From Nitrospirota bacterium (GTDB lineage Bacteria > Nitrospirota > UBA9217): 64,000 nt of DNA. Each line of letters opens with the position of its first letter. Within the stretch, counting starts at the first letter, position 1. Positions 28,847 to 38,799 of the stretch are shown here, piece by piece. A model generated the notes under the pieces. The model saw nothing but the letters and a program-made list of their open reading frames with translations. It was not told where the DNA came from and searched no databases. A program made the translations under genes and the position numbers. Location: assembly GCA_963790205.1 (NCBI GenBank), contig CAWBNQ010000005.1:128001-192000 (forward strand). Direction: 5' to 3'.

Positions 28847-29851
28847 CTACCCGAGAAGTTTCTCATACAACGCTACATGCTTTTGCGCAATCGTATCCCA
28901 GTTGAACTGGCTCGCATAGGAGCGTCCGTTATCGGACAGTCGTTTCCTCAGGTCATTGTCTGCCCGTATTTTTTCAACGAGCCGGAGCGCCTCTTCCGGG
29001 CCATGGGAGAACAATACCGCCTGTTCCAGGGAAGGAGGCGTATGGGCTCCGCGCGTGGTAATAGTGGCCACGCCGTTCGCCAGCAACGCCAATAATGACG
29101 TTCTGCGTCCGGAAGCGCCGTCGGGAAAAGGCATATAGGCGATCGATGAGTGGGCGAGCAAATCAGCGGCAACATCGTCAGCCAGGTCAATATCCCATTT
29201 TATCGGCAAATCTTCGGAGCGCCGGTAGAATTCCTTAAAATAGGGCGAGTCCTTCGGGTAGGGCTTGCCGATCATGCGGACCTGAAGTTTCAAGTTCATG
29301 TGCTTGACGAGAGAGGCGAGGGTAAAGACATCTTCCAGGCCTTTCTGCGGACGGAACAGGCCGAAATAAATAATTTCGTTTACATTTCTCTCCTGCCCCT
29401 GTTGCGCCGTACTGATGCTGCTCCCGACCGGGATGACGCTGCAGCGCCGGGATATCCAGGGCGCCCGTTTGACGGAAAAGAGTTGTTCGTAGGGAGTCGT
29501 AAAAACGATATGTCTCGACCTCAGGAAAAAAGGATAGAGAGACAGTTTTCGTAAAATATGGGCCTCGCTCGCTTCATGCACCGTAATGACGCTCGGGATA
29601 AGAAGACTCAACAGCTGCGGCGTCAGTTTCTTGCCGAACCCGACCGTCGGATATTGTATGTGCACGATATCCGGGTTGACGGACCGTATTGTTCTGACGA
29701 TGTTCCCGATATTGCTCAGGCGCCAATTCATGCGGCAAATTACCTCTACTGTGACGCCCTTTTGGCGCAGCGCAATCGCAAGCTGGGACGTGTAATCGCC
29801 GATCCCGCACGTGTCAGGCGGATATGATCCGGTTATTAAGGCAATTTTCAT
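28847..29851 (-). CDS. Glycosyltransferase family 4
   Basis: Motifs YPPDTCGIGDYT, FGLFRPQKG and FNWDTIA. Confidence 0.85.
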   Translation of the reverse strand: MKIALITGSYPPDTCGIGDYTSQLAIALRQKGVTVEVICRMNWRLSNIGNIVRTIRSVNPDIVHIQYPTVGFGKKLTPQLLSLLIPSVITVHEASEAHILRKLSLYPFFLRSRHIVFTTPYEQLFSVKRAPWISRRCSVIPVGSSISTAQQGQERNVNEIIYFGLFRPQKGLEDVFTLASLVKHMNLKLQVRMIGKPYPKDSPYFKEFYRRSEDLPIKWDIDLADDVAADLLAHSSIAYMPFPDGASGRRTSLLALLANGVATITTRGAHTPPSLEQAVLFSHGPEEALRLVEKIRADNDLRKRLSDNGRSYASQFNWDTIAQKHVALYEKLLG

Positions 29852-29921
29852 GCATCACTCTTCAATTGTAAAAAAGGTTGTTTCAGAACGTCTTGAACGC
29901 CATCACAAAATAACCGCAATC

Positions 29922-30773
29922 CTAGCGATATTTGAGCGACCTCGCCTGGTTCCTTATTCTCGAGGGCAATATTTTTTTTACCGCTATTTTCAGATACGTA
30001 AAAAAAATCATCCACCGGTAATAGATGTTTACTTTCAGCGTGTTGTGGTACTGTACAACAGCGCGCCGCGTTTCTTTCCATGCGAGAACGATGTTCGTAT
30101 CTGATAATCCCCCGGCGGAGACCGAAGATACGACGAGATCGATATTGCTGAACTTGAATTTATTCTGATAACACGAAAAGATAAAGGCGAAATCCGCGCC
30201 GACTTTATAATCAAGGCTGAAAGGGAGTTTCTTGCAAACCGATGCCCTGGTAAAAAGGCTCTGATGCCTGAAGATCATCCCCTTCCACAAGTCCGCAGTT
30301 GTTTTTGCTTTCCATATGAGGGAAAAATCAGGACCATATTCCATCTGACAGTGGCCGTATATCAGATCCGCCGTACCGCAGTCGCTGCTCATTACCCGCT
30401 GTACGGTATCCATTTGATAAAATCGATCGCCGGCATTCATGAAATTGATCCAATCTCCGCTCGATAAAGAGATGCCTTTGTTCATTGCATCATAAATGCC
30501 TTTATCGGGTTCACTCAGCCAGTACGCGATCTTATCGTCAAATCTTTTTATGATGTCGAGCGTGCCATCCGTCGAACCGCCGTCGATGACGATATATTCG
30601 ATGTTGTCATAGGTCTGCCCAAGCACGCTCAGGATGGTATGTTCCAGATGCTGGACCCCGTTATACACAACCGTAATAACCGTGACCAGGGGCCTCCCGG
30701 GTTTCGATTTTTTGTAAAACCCGCCGCGGGTACGGAGCCCGCCGTCAATACGGTTCATATGTTTTAAGACCAT
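29922..30773 (-). CDS. Glycosyltransferase family 2 (WcaE-like)
   Basis: Motifs ITVVYN, IDGGSTDGT, GIYDAMNKG and NAGD. Confidence 0.9.
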   Translation of the reverse strand: MVLKHMNRIDGGLRTRGGFYKKSKPGRPLVTVITVVYNGVQHLEHTILSVLGQTYDNIEYIVIDGGSTDGTLDIIKRFDDKIAYWLSEPDKGIYDAMNKGISLSSGDWINFMNAGDRFYQMDTVQRVMSSDCGTADLIYGHCQMEYGPDFSLIWKAKTTADLWKGMIFRHQSLFTRASVCKKLPFSLDYKVGADFAFIFSCYQNKFKFSNIDLVVSSVSAGGLSDTNIVLAWKETRRAVVQYHNTLKVNIYYRWMIFFTYLKIAVKKILPSRIRNQARSLKYR

Positions 30774-30941
30774 GATTGATTACCGACCTCTGTTTTCCGG
30801 TTATCTTCTTTTCCAGGCGCTCTGCATCCCCGTCAGGTCAGATCTGACGAAAAGAATTTTAGTATTTCAACACCAAACGCTCACATTATTTGCCGCGCTT
30901 TTCCAGGAAAAAACTGATTATAAAAACATAGATGCCAGCAG

Positions 30942-32114
30942 CTAAGCAAGTATCTGTTCGATGATATTTCTTAGGCGACTATTGAATTGCTTCTGACCCC
31001 ATGAGTCGGTCAGTTGTTTTCCTTTTTTAATGAGATCTGCACACATGACATCATCGGTCCACAACAGCTTAAGGCAGTGTGCGATTTCGTCAATTGACTC
31101 AGGGTTGAACAGTAAAGCCGCATCGCCCACTTGTTCGGGAATGCCATAAATACCCGAGATTGCAACAGGACAGCCGGTGACAAAAGCCTCCAGCGGAGGG
31201 ATGTTCGTCGGGCCAAAAAACGTGGGCATGACGAGTGCACGAGCGCGTCGATATAGCTCCGGCATATCCTGATCCGGTACGTATCCCAAGATCAGAACAT
31301 CATCGACAAGATTCAAGTTATGAATATGTTTTACTGTTGTCTGGTAACCGTTTTTTGTCGATCCCGCCAGGACTAATTTCAAATCCGGGAGTTCCTGTTT
31401 CAAGCGCCCAACAGCGCTGATCAATCTTTTATGGTTCTTATGCTCCCAAAATTGAGCGGGATAAAAGATGAACTTCTCGGGGAGCTTATACCGTGAATCG
31501 AAATCCACGGGCTTTTGTGACGAATAGATATATTGGGGCGCGATATAGGGCAGAATGTAAACGCGTTTATCTGATAGTCCATAACTTTCCATCACATGGT
31601 GCTTCCCGACCTCAGAGTCGACAAGTACACCGCGGGCCCAATAACAAATGTTGCGACTGCTCCATTCCCTCCTTCGATACATGCCATGCGCGGAGACCTC
31701 CGGAAATTTTGATTCGTAACGATGCATCAGGTCATGTATGGTCACCAGCGCAGGAACGGGTATTTGAAAGCCGAAGTGGTCCTGGGTGGGAAATATCCAT
31801 AGATCGCAACGTTCTTTCAGAAGTGTTTTAGCCAGAGGAAGGAAAGAGGGACATATTTTCCTCCATACTATAATGGGAAGATCCAGTGCTCCCCATATTC
31901 TCCAAAGAACTCTTCCCCAGAAACCTTTATGAACGTAGAGGGTCTTGAAACTTTTCGCTTTGAGATGCTCTGGCCACAGTTTTGAAGTATATGCGACAAC
32001 GACGGAGTACTCGTCGCTCCGCAGGGCATTCACGGCTTCAAGCATGGCCTGATTATATTGGAACATCCCGCCGAACTGCGGTTCCGCTCCAAGGAAAAGA
32101 CCGATCTTTTTCAC
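30942..32114 (-). CDS. Glycosyltransferase family 4
   Basis: Start re-called to GTG 32114 (GTGA overlap). Motifs TIHDL, YPAQFWEHKNH and IPPLEAF. Confidence 0.85.
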   Translation of the reverse strand: MKKIGLFLGAEPQFGGMFQYNQAMLEAVNALRSDEYSVVVAYTSKLWPEHLKAKSFKTLYVHKGFWGRVLWRIWGALDLPIIVWRKICPSFLPLAKTLLKERCDLWIFPTQDHFGFQIPVPALVTIHDLMHRYESKFPEVSAHGMYRRREWSSRNICYWARGVLVDSEVGKHHVMESYGLSDKRVYILPYIAPQYIYSSQKPVDFDSRYKLPEKFIFYPAQFWEHKNHKRLISAVGRLKQELPDLKLVLAGSTKNGYQTTVKHIHNLNLVDDVLILGYVPDQDMPELYRRARALVMPTFFGPTNIPPLEAFVTGCPVAISGIYGIPEQVGDAALLFNPESIDEIAHCLKLLWTDDVMCADLIKKGKQLTDSWGQKQFNSRLRNIIEQILA

Positions 32115-32878
32115 GCTTGCACCACAAAACAAACACCCCAGGTGTCGACACCCGGTTCTTTTCCGGACATCCATTCAAAACTTGCGAGAAGTTTTAGCCG
32201 CAGCTGTGATAAAAAAAGTTCTATTTCCGGACTAAATAAATAACGCATGGAATGCACTTCATGTAACTCTTCCACGATGTTATTCGCCTTATTTTTTATA
32301 AACACATGATAATGAACGTCGACAATATTTTTTGCAGCATGCATAACCGGCTCTGCGATGCGCGTGACCAGAATCTGTTCATCTTCAAGGCGCTTCACCC
32401 GGACAGCCGGTTTTTCCGATATGACCGCAGGTCCATACCAGCAATCGAAGATAAAGATGCCGCCCGGATTAAGGTGCGACTTTGCCGTGGCGAATGAAGC
32501 CAAAAGGTCTTCATTTGTCGTTTGATAGCTCATTACGTGAAATAATGATATTATCGCGTCGAATTTTTTATCAAGCCTTACCGTGCGGATATCACCATGT
32601 GAGAATGACAAATTCTCCGAAAGGTCACGGGAGCGATTCGAAAGCCGCGCTTTCGCCGTTTCAAGCATCTCAGTGCTCATGTCCACTCCGTGCAGAGTAT
32701 AGCCCATCTCAGCCAGAATCGTTGCATGAACGCCCGTTCCGCACCCTAATTCCAGTATTGACTTCGCATTCGGGGTGTGCCGCCGGATCAACGTGTGTAT
32801 ATACTTTGCTTCGGCTCCATAATCCTTATCTTTATACAGCAGATCGTAATATCGGGCGTAGTTGTTAAAAACATTCAT
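32111..32878 (-). CDS. SAM-dependent methyltransferase resembling NDP-aminosugar N-methyltransferases
   Basis: Motifs YDLLYKDKDYxxEA, SILELGCGTG, HGDIR, FDAIISLF and DCWYGP. Confidence 0.75.
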   Translation of the reverse strand: MNVFNNYARYYDLLYKDKDYGAEAKYIHTLIRRHTPNAKSILELGCGTGVHATILAEMGYTLHGVDMSTEMLETAKARLSNRSRDLSENLSFSHGDIRTVRLDKKFDAIISLFHVMSYQTTNEDLLASFATAKSHLNPGGIFIFDCWYGPAVISEKPAVRVKRLEDEQILVTRIAEPVMHAAKNIVDVHYHVFIKNKANNIVEELHEVHSMRYLFSPEIELFLSQLRLKLLASFEWMSGKEPGVDTWGVCFVVQA

Positions 32879-32958
32879 TATCAGATCTCCACAACGTCCG
32901 TATCTTATCCGATTTCATAAATAATGCCAAATGTATTCTATTGAGAGCGCGCACATTT

Positions 32959-34077
32959 TTACGAAAGAATGGTTTTGAGAGCCGATGCAGATCGTTCTAT
33001 CTGCTCATTCATCAAGGCCATTCCGCTGGGGATATAAAAACCTCGCCTGGCTAAGCGCTCTGCTATTGGATATGTTTCCTGTGCGAACAAGCCCATCTTA
33101 TGAAACACCGGCTGTTCGTGCATAGGCCAGAAAAAAGGCCGGCTCCCGACCTTAAGCCCCGACAAGCGACGCATGGCTTCCTCCGCATCGAACGGCACGT
33201 CATCTTTAAGGATGAGTCCATAGACCCAGTAAATGTTCTCCGCATACTCTGTGCTTATCAAGGGAAGATCTAAACCCGGCACGTCCTTAAGCAGTTCAGT
33301 ATACCGTTTCCCCATTGCGCGTTTGCGCGCGACAAATTCATCGAGACGCTCTGTTTGAGCAATGCCCAACGCGGCCTGCAGATTGGTCATGCGGAAGTTA
33401 TAGCCGAGTTCCTCGTGAACAAATCTTTTTTTCGGTTGAAAGCACAGATTTCGCAGTGACCGGCATCGTTCCATCAGCCTGTCGTCGTTGGTCAGCACCA
33501 TCCCGCCTTCACCGGTGGTGATATGTTTGTTGGGATAAAAGCTGAACGTGCTGATATCGCCAAAACTACCACAGGGCCTGCCTTTGTAGGTCTGGCCGTG
33601 CATTTGCGCTGCATCTTCAATAATGCCCAGTCCGAACTTGTGAGCAAGGGACAGGACCGGGTCCATGTCGACAGGTAATCCGTAAATATGTACGACCATA
33701 ATAGCTTTCGTACGGGATGTGATCTTGGCTTCGATCTGCGATACATCCATGTTCCACGTTACGGGATCGCTGTCCACAAGGACCGGGATACAACCCCGCC
33801 GCACGATTGCCGCAGCGCAGGAGATGATGGTGAAGGCCGGCATGATGATCTCGTCGCCGGCTTGAAGTTCAAGAGCGGCGACAGCAACCTCGAGCGCCAC
33901 CGTCCCATTGCATACCGCAATACCGTATTTGCGGCCTGCAATGGCAGCCATTCGTTCCTCGAACTTCTGAACGAACGGTCCTTCGGAGGATATCCAGCCG
34001 GTATCGATACATTCACTGAGATATTTCTTTTCGTTGCCGTTTATTAAAGGTTCATTGACAGGAATAAAATTGTCCAT
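32959..34077 (-). CDS. DegT/DnrJ-family aminotransferase (perosamine synthase-like)
   Basis: Motifs GWISSEG, IEDAAQ, SFYPNKHITTGEGG and GYNFRMTNLQAA. Confidence 0.88.
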   Translation of the reverse strand: MDNFIPVNEPLINGNEKKYLSECIDTGWISSEGPFVQKFEERMAAIAGRKYGIAVCNGTVALEVAVAALELQAGDEIIMPAFTIISCAAAIVRRGCIPVLVDSDPVTWNMDVSQIEAKITSRTKAIMVVHIYGLPVDMDPVLSLAHKFGLGIIEDAAQMHGQTYKGRPCGSFGDISTFSFYPNKHITTGEGGMVLTNDDRLMERCRSLRNLCFQPKKRFVHEELGYNFRMTNLQAALGIAQTERLDEFVARKRAMGKRYTELLKDVPGLDLPLISTEYAENIYWVYGLILKDDVPFDAEEAMRRLSGLKVGSRPFFWPMHEQPVFHKMGLFAQETYPIAERLARRGFYIPSGMALMNEQIERSASALKTILS

Positions 34078-34079
34078 GG

Positions 34080-34511
34080 TCAGTCCTTAATGTTCGCCTT
34101 ATCGTGCGCAATACCGGTAAATTTCGTCTTGTCCTGGTCCCCTGCGTAGGGGCCCTGTTTCACTTCGATCATTTCTATCTCTTCCAATACCTTGAACCCG
34201 TGCCCGCCTGTTGCAAGCAAGATCACATCTCCTGAATATAAGATCCTGCTCTCCAGATAGGTCTGGTGATCATCGTAAAAATCTATCTGTAATTTACCCC
34301 GTTTCAGGAACAATACCTCCTGGGTGAAGTGCACTTCCCGGTGCACTGGATTATGTACGTGCGGTTGTATCACTTTACCGGCCGGATGACGCATGTAGGC
34401 CAGTTGCTGTGAAAGGTCGTTCGGAGTGAAAAAGCTGACTCCGGGAGTGTTAAAGCCGGTCCGAATGATAATCGACAGAAGCGTATCCTTATGCATTATT
34501 TTTTCAATCAT
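34080..34511 (-). CDS. Cupin-fold protein of unknown function
   Basis: Motifs PHVHN..QEVL and GGHGF, 143 aa, coupled to the aminotransferase. Confidence 0.65.
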   Translation of the reverse strand: MIEKIMHKDTLLSIIIRTGFNTPGVSFFTPNDLSQQLAYMRHPAGKVIQPHVHNPVHREVHFTQEVLFLKRGKLQIDFYDDHQTYLESRILYSGDVILLATGGHGFKVLEEIEMIEVKQGPYAGDQDKTKFTGIAHDKANIKD

Positions 34512-35443
34512 AGTGAGATATCCTTTAAGTAACCAAGTAACTTGTTTCCGAAACGTTTCACCAATCCAGGCCTTATTGATTTTAAGAATGATCTTACTTC
34601 ACTTCGAGCGACCGGATCTTCTCGTACGGGAATCGTAGCGATATGCACTTTAACATCAGAAAGCTTCGTAAAAAAAACATTCGTACTCCCACTATTGATT
34701 CCACTGGAATCATTGCCTATGTTTTGGACGAGCGATGTGCCGGGATACAGTGTCAGTTTTTCTCGTAGAAAAGCTGAGGCATACCATCTGACAGCCCAGG
34801 AATCATTCTTTTTGTCAATTTGATCTTGCAGCATTTTGGTATAGGGATATGCTCCGTCGAAGTCAAATTGATTTTGTGCGCCTCTCTTCAGTAGGTCGGT
34901 CAATAGTTTTCGACCGTCCGCTTCGAACAAATCCCAGCCCCTCTTCCACGTTGCCCACCCCCAGCAGTCGGCACCTTTCAAAAAAAAGGTTTCAGGAAGA
35001 CGGGCCTGGACCGGGTATAGATAACCGTGAATGCTTATGACCTTATCTTCCTCCCTATAAAGTTCCAAAGCGTCATTCATATAATTCAAAAAAGACGGAG
35101 ATGTCTTCAAATCATCTTCCAACACGATTATGCGTCCGAACCTGTTAACGATCTCCGTTACGCCCGCAATAATGGATTGGGCCAGGCCGAGGTTCTGGTT
35201 TCGTTCAGTTAGTACGATGTTTTTAAAGCCCGTTATCGTTTTTATATATTTCCTGACGTCATCGACTGCATTGCAATCGGCACCAGATCTCGGACCATCT
35301 GAAAAAATAAAAAGATCACTGTCGGACGCCAATTCATTTTTCTGCAATGCTCCCACGGTTTGGCGGGTATGCCAGGGTCTATTAAAAACGAATAAAGCTA
35401 TGGGGGCCAGAGGAGTCGGCATAATCGATAATGAATTATTCAT
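34508..35443 (-). CDS. GT-A fold glycosyltransferase
   Basis: Motifs LFVFNRP, FSDG, IVLEDD, CWGWATW and VQNIG. Confidence 0.8.
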   Translation of the reverse strand: MNNSLSIMPTPLAPIALFVFNRPWHTRQTVGALQKNELASDSDLFIFSDGPRSGADCNAVDDVRKYIKTITGFKNIVLTERNQNLGLAQSIIAGVTEIVNRFGRIIVLEDDLKTSPSFLNYMNDALELYREEDKVISIHGYLYPVQARLPETFFLKGADCWGWATWKRGWDLFEADGRKLLTDLLKRGAQNQFDFDGAYPYTKMLQDQIDKKNDSWAVRWYASAFLREKLTLYPGTSLVQNIGNDSSGINSGSTNVFFTKLSDVKVHIATIPVREDPVARSEVRSFLKSIRPGLVKRFGNKLLGYLKDISL

Positions 35444-35447
35444 TGCG

Positions 35448-36062
35448 TCACAGTTTTACTGCATCGACAATAAGGGATGTATAATTGATCTTTTCTTTTG
35501 TATTCCTCGCGTCGTTCCATCTCGACCGGAGGATCAAACCATCCTCGGCGCTCCAGGGTGTAGAATGAAATTCAGCCTGTTCATCCCAATATTCAAGTAA
35601 TTTCACCTTGAAACCACATCTCTGCAGCAGATCGCCAAGTGTTTTATACGTATATAAGACCTTGTGATCGCCCGACCCCGGTCCGCTGCCCATCGGTTTC
35701 ACATAGTCAATATATTTTACATCGGGGAAATTTCCGTCAGGAACCGCTATTCTAAAATATCCTCCCGGCTTGAGGAATTTGAAACAGTTTTTAGCGGCTA
35801 AAAAACCATCAGCCACGGTCAAATGCTCCCATACATGTTCCGCGAGAAGGGCATCTATGGAAGCATCGTCAAAGTAGCGCGCCCAATCTTTTTCCTTGAG
35901 AACGTTCAAATGCCCGATGTCCGTCCGGACCCACCCGCGTTGGGATACGTCGGCAGCGCCGATGATCACTTTCAGGGGAGACCGAAGCGTCCCTCGTTTG
36001 ATCTTTATACCTCTAATAAAATGTTTTGCTGATGTATATATCTTAAGGACGATATTTTTCAT
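35448..36062 (-). CDS. Predicted SAM-dependent methyltransferase
   Basis: Motifs AEHVWEH and LKPGGYFRIAVPD. Start re-called to ATG 36062. Confidence 0.7.
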   Translation of the reverse strand: MKNIVLKIYTSAKHFIRGIKIKRGTLRSPLKVIIGAADVSQRGWVRTDIGHLNVLKEKDWARYFDDASIDALLAEHVWEHLTVADGFLAAKNCFKFLKPGGYFRIAVPDGNFPDVKYIDYVKPMGSGPGSGDHKVLYTYKTLGDLLQRCGFKVKLLEYWDEQAEFHSTPWSAEDGLILRSRWNDARNTKEKINYTSLIVDAVKL

Positions 36063-36121
36063 AGGCAAGCGCCGCGTTCCGTGGATAAGCAAAAATTTTA
36101 AAGCACGCCTCAGCCGTAAAG

Positions 36122-37297
36122 CTACCCTCTTCCCCGAATCATTTTGCCTTCCAGTAAATTTTCATAAACTTTTTTCAATTCTTCAGCGCATTTCACGGCC
36201 TCGTAATTTTGCTCTACATGTTTTCGTGCGTTCTCACAATAGGTGCGATAAACAGGCTCTTCCATGGTATAAAAAATTTCTATGGCGCGCGCTAATTCAT
36301 CGACATCGTTTTCGTCGACCAGAATACCGGACACTCCGTTCATGACCTCCTCCGGGATATCGCAGTGAAACGTCGAAAGAACAGGCATGCCCGAAGCTTG
36401 GGCGTCGAGCAGGACAACAGGAGCTCCGCCCTCGCAGTCGCCATTCTCGCCATATTTGCTCGGATGAATGAAAACCTGATGTTTGGTTAAAAAAGGATAT
36501 AACTGGCTGAAATCGATCCCATCGATAAAATTCACCTGGCGTTCCAAATCGGCGTCGTTGACCATACGCTGCAGCGCACCTCTCATCCCCTCCGGGTCTT
36601 TCCCGACGAGGGTCAATGTCATGTTGGGACACCGCGGAAACGCTTTGATAAACGCCTTGATCGTGACATCATAACCTTTTTTTTCCGAAAAACTGGCAAT
36701 TTGCACCAGCCTTAATTCGCACCGCTTTTTTTTACGCTTGAAATACGGGATGTCCGCCACCTGGACCCCCAGATGAACGACCTTTACCTTATCTGCCGGA
36801 CATCCGATCTGTATCAACTTATTGCGGCCCGCCGTTCCTTCTGCAAGGAAAAGAGAGGCTTCCTTGAATAATCTTTGATACCGTTTTACCCAGACGGGCC
36901 TGCTGCTCGGCAGATATTCATAGTCGAAACCATAAAAGGAAACCACCAGAGGAATTTTTTTCATGCGGGACAGCCATAAATATTGCCACCCGACAAAAGA
37001 AAAATGAGCGTGCAGGATATCAGCGTCCGGTATCCGAAAGATGATAAATCTCCGCCAAAGAGGATCGAGTGTTAAGCGTACCCGGTTAACGACTTTTTGC
37101 AACAGCCACGGACGATCGTTTCGCCAGCGTGAATAGGGAGCGAGGATAAAACGGGCATGCGGCAGGGGAAAGGCCCCGTCATTTTCAATGCGCTCCGAAA
37201 CAATGACCAGCTCAACGGAAGAAAGATTTTTTAAGAGTCGATAGCACCAGTTTTGGGTCGTATGTAAATATGCGTAAAAAAGATGAATTACCCGCAT
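36122..37297 (-). CDS. Glycosyltransferase family 4 (WcaL-like)
   Basis: Motifs HAHF, EKKG, GDCEGGAPVVLLDAQ and HCDIPE. TAATG overlap with wzx. Confidence 0.85.
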   Translation of the reverse strand: MRVIHLFYAYLHTTQNWCYRLLKNLSSVELVIVSERIENDGAFPLPHARFILAPYSRWRNDRPWLLQKVVNRVRLTLDPLWRRFIIFRIPDADILHAHFSFVGWQYLWLSRMKKIPLVVSFYGFDYEYLPSSRPVWVKRYQRLFKEASLFLAEGTAGRNKLIQIGCPADKVKVVHLGVQVADIPYFKRKKKRCELRLVQIASFSEKKGYDVTIKAFIKAFPRCPNMTLTLVGKDPEGMRGALQRMVNDADLERQVNFIDGIDFSQLYPFLTKHQVFIHPSKYGENGDCEGGAPVVLLDAQASGMPVLSTFHCDIPEEVMNGVSGILVDENDVDELARAIEIFYTMEEPVYRTYCENARKHVEQNYEAVKCAEELKKVYENLLEGKMIRGRG

Positions 37298-38742
37298 TAC
37301 AGAGACCCTTTCACGATACGGATGAACGTTTGCTTCTGCCACCAATACATCACGGCAATATAGATCGTTACCCCGATCCCCGCGGATACCAGCAGCTGTA
37401 TTGCGACAGCATACCGGGACAGTATGAAGACGCCGAGATAATGGAGCGTAATCCCCATAAAAAGGGAAGCGGCGAGCATGGGCAAAAAAGCGTTTATGTA
37501 TTCAACCGTATGCAAGTTCACCAGCTTCCATCGTAACCAGAACCCGGCGGGAAACAAGACGAGCGCCGTTGAGAGCAACAAACCGGCGGCAATGCCGAGC
37601 AACCCAAAGCGCGAGCCGAACCAGACGGCGGTCCCGTACAAAAAAATCCTGAACACATTAAAAAAGAACCCTAAATCAGCGCGGCCTTTGGCGAGAAGGA
37701 GACTCCCGAGCGAATTACCAAGGCTGATGAAATATCCGAGTATGCAAAGGACCTGGAAGACGGAAACGGCCGGCGACCATTTCTCGCCTACCAGTACGAT
37801 GATAAAAGGTTTCGCCAGCAAAATCATCCCCGTGTAGAGAGGGAAAAGAACAAATGCAATAATGCGGATGGCGTCCAGGAACCCGCTGCGCAATCGCGCG
37901 TTGTCGTGCTGCACCCTGGCAAAAAGAGGAAATGCCACCCGGGTAATTATCGGATTAAAAATATCAATCGGTTTCGTCATGAGCTGATACGCTATGTTGT
38001 AAAAGCCGAGCGACTGGGCGCCCAGCAGCCTTCCGATAAGCAGCTTATCGAGGTTGCCTCCCAGATAATTGATCGAACGCTCCCCCATCTGATAGAGACC
38101 GAAGCCGAGATACCCTTTGAGATCGCTTCGCTTAAAATGAAGAAGCGGCCGCCATCGGCGAAATCCCCAGAAGCTGATCACCAGCGTTCTCACTACGGTA
38201 TTCACCAGCTGTCCCAGGACCAGGGATACTACTCCGAAACCGGCATGGGCCAGAGAAACAGCGACGGCAAAGCCGGCGATCGACCCGAGGATCTCCGCAA
38301 GAGCGATTTCATTGAACAGCAGTTCCCGTTGGAGCAGTACTTGCGACTGCTGGCCGATCGGCATAATGAGAAACACAAGGGACGCGAGAAGAAGCAGCCG
38401 GTCGAGACGCGGCTCATGATAAAATGAGACAATGAAGGGCCTGACGGCCGCGATGAGAACAAAAATGGCCGCACCGGTCAAAATATTCAACCAGTAAAGA
38501 GATGACAGGCGCTCCCTGTCTTCACTTTGATAGTGAATGATCGCATTGCTTATGCCCATGTCGGCAAAGGCCTGGGCAAAGCCGATGACGACCATGATCA
38601 TCGCCATCAAACCGAAATCGTCCGGCGCGAGCACCCTCCCGAGATAGGCAAGTTGAGCGATAGAAAGCGCAGTTGTCACGAAACTGGAGAGTGACGTCCA
38701 TTTGATTGCGGAAAAAGCCTGTTTTCGTAAGTGCAATGCCAT
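37297..38742 (-). CDS. wzx: MOP-family flippase (WzxC-like)
   Basis: About 12 TM helices. Motifs DFGLMAM, DMGISNAII, NLDKLLIGR and LGFYNIAY. Confidence 0.88.
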   Translation of the reverse strand: MALHLRKQAFSAIKWTSLSSFVTTALSIAQLAYLGRVLAPDDFGLMAMIMVVIGFAQAFADMGISNAIIHYQSEDRERLSSLYWLNILTGAAIFVLIAAVRPFIVSFYHEPRLDRLLLLASLVFLIMPIGQQSQVLLQRELLFNEIALAEILGSIAGFAVAVSLAHAGFGVVSLVLGQLVNTVVRTLVISFWGFRRWRPLLHFKRSDLKGYLGFGLYQMGERSINYLGGNLDKLLIGRLLGAQSLGFYNIAYQLMTKPIDIFNPIITRVAFPLFARVQHDNARLRSGFLDAIRIIAFVLFPLYTGMILLAKPFIIVLVGEKWSPAVSVFQVLCILGYFISLGNSLGSLLLAKGRADLGFFFNVFRIFLYGTAVWFGSRFGLLGIAAGLLLSTALVLFPAGFWLRWKLVNLHTVEYINAFLPMLAASLFMGITLHYLGVFILSRYAVAIQLLVSAGIGVTIYIAVMYWWQKQTFIRIVKGSL

Positions 38743-38799
38743 GCTACCTATTTTTGCACGACACGAATGAATATAATGTACGCATGGTTCTCCTGGGAA

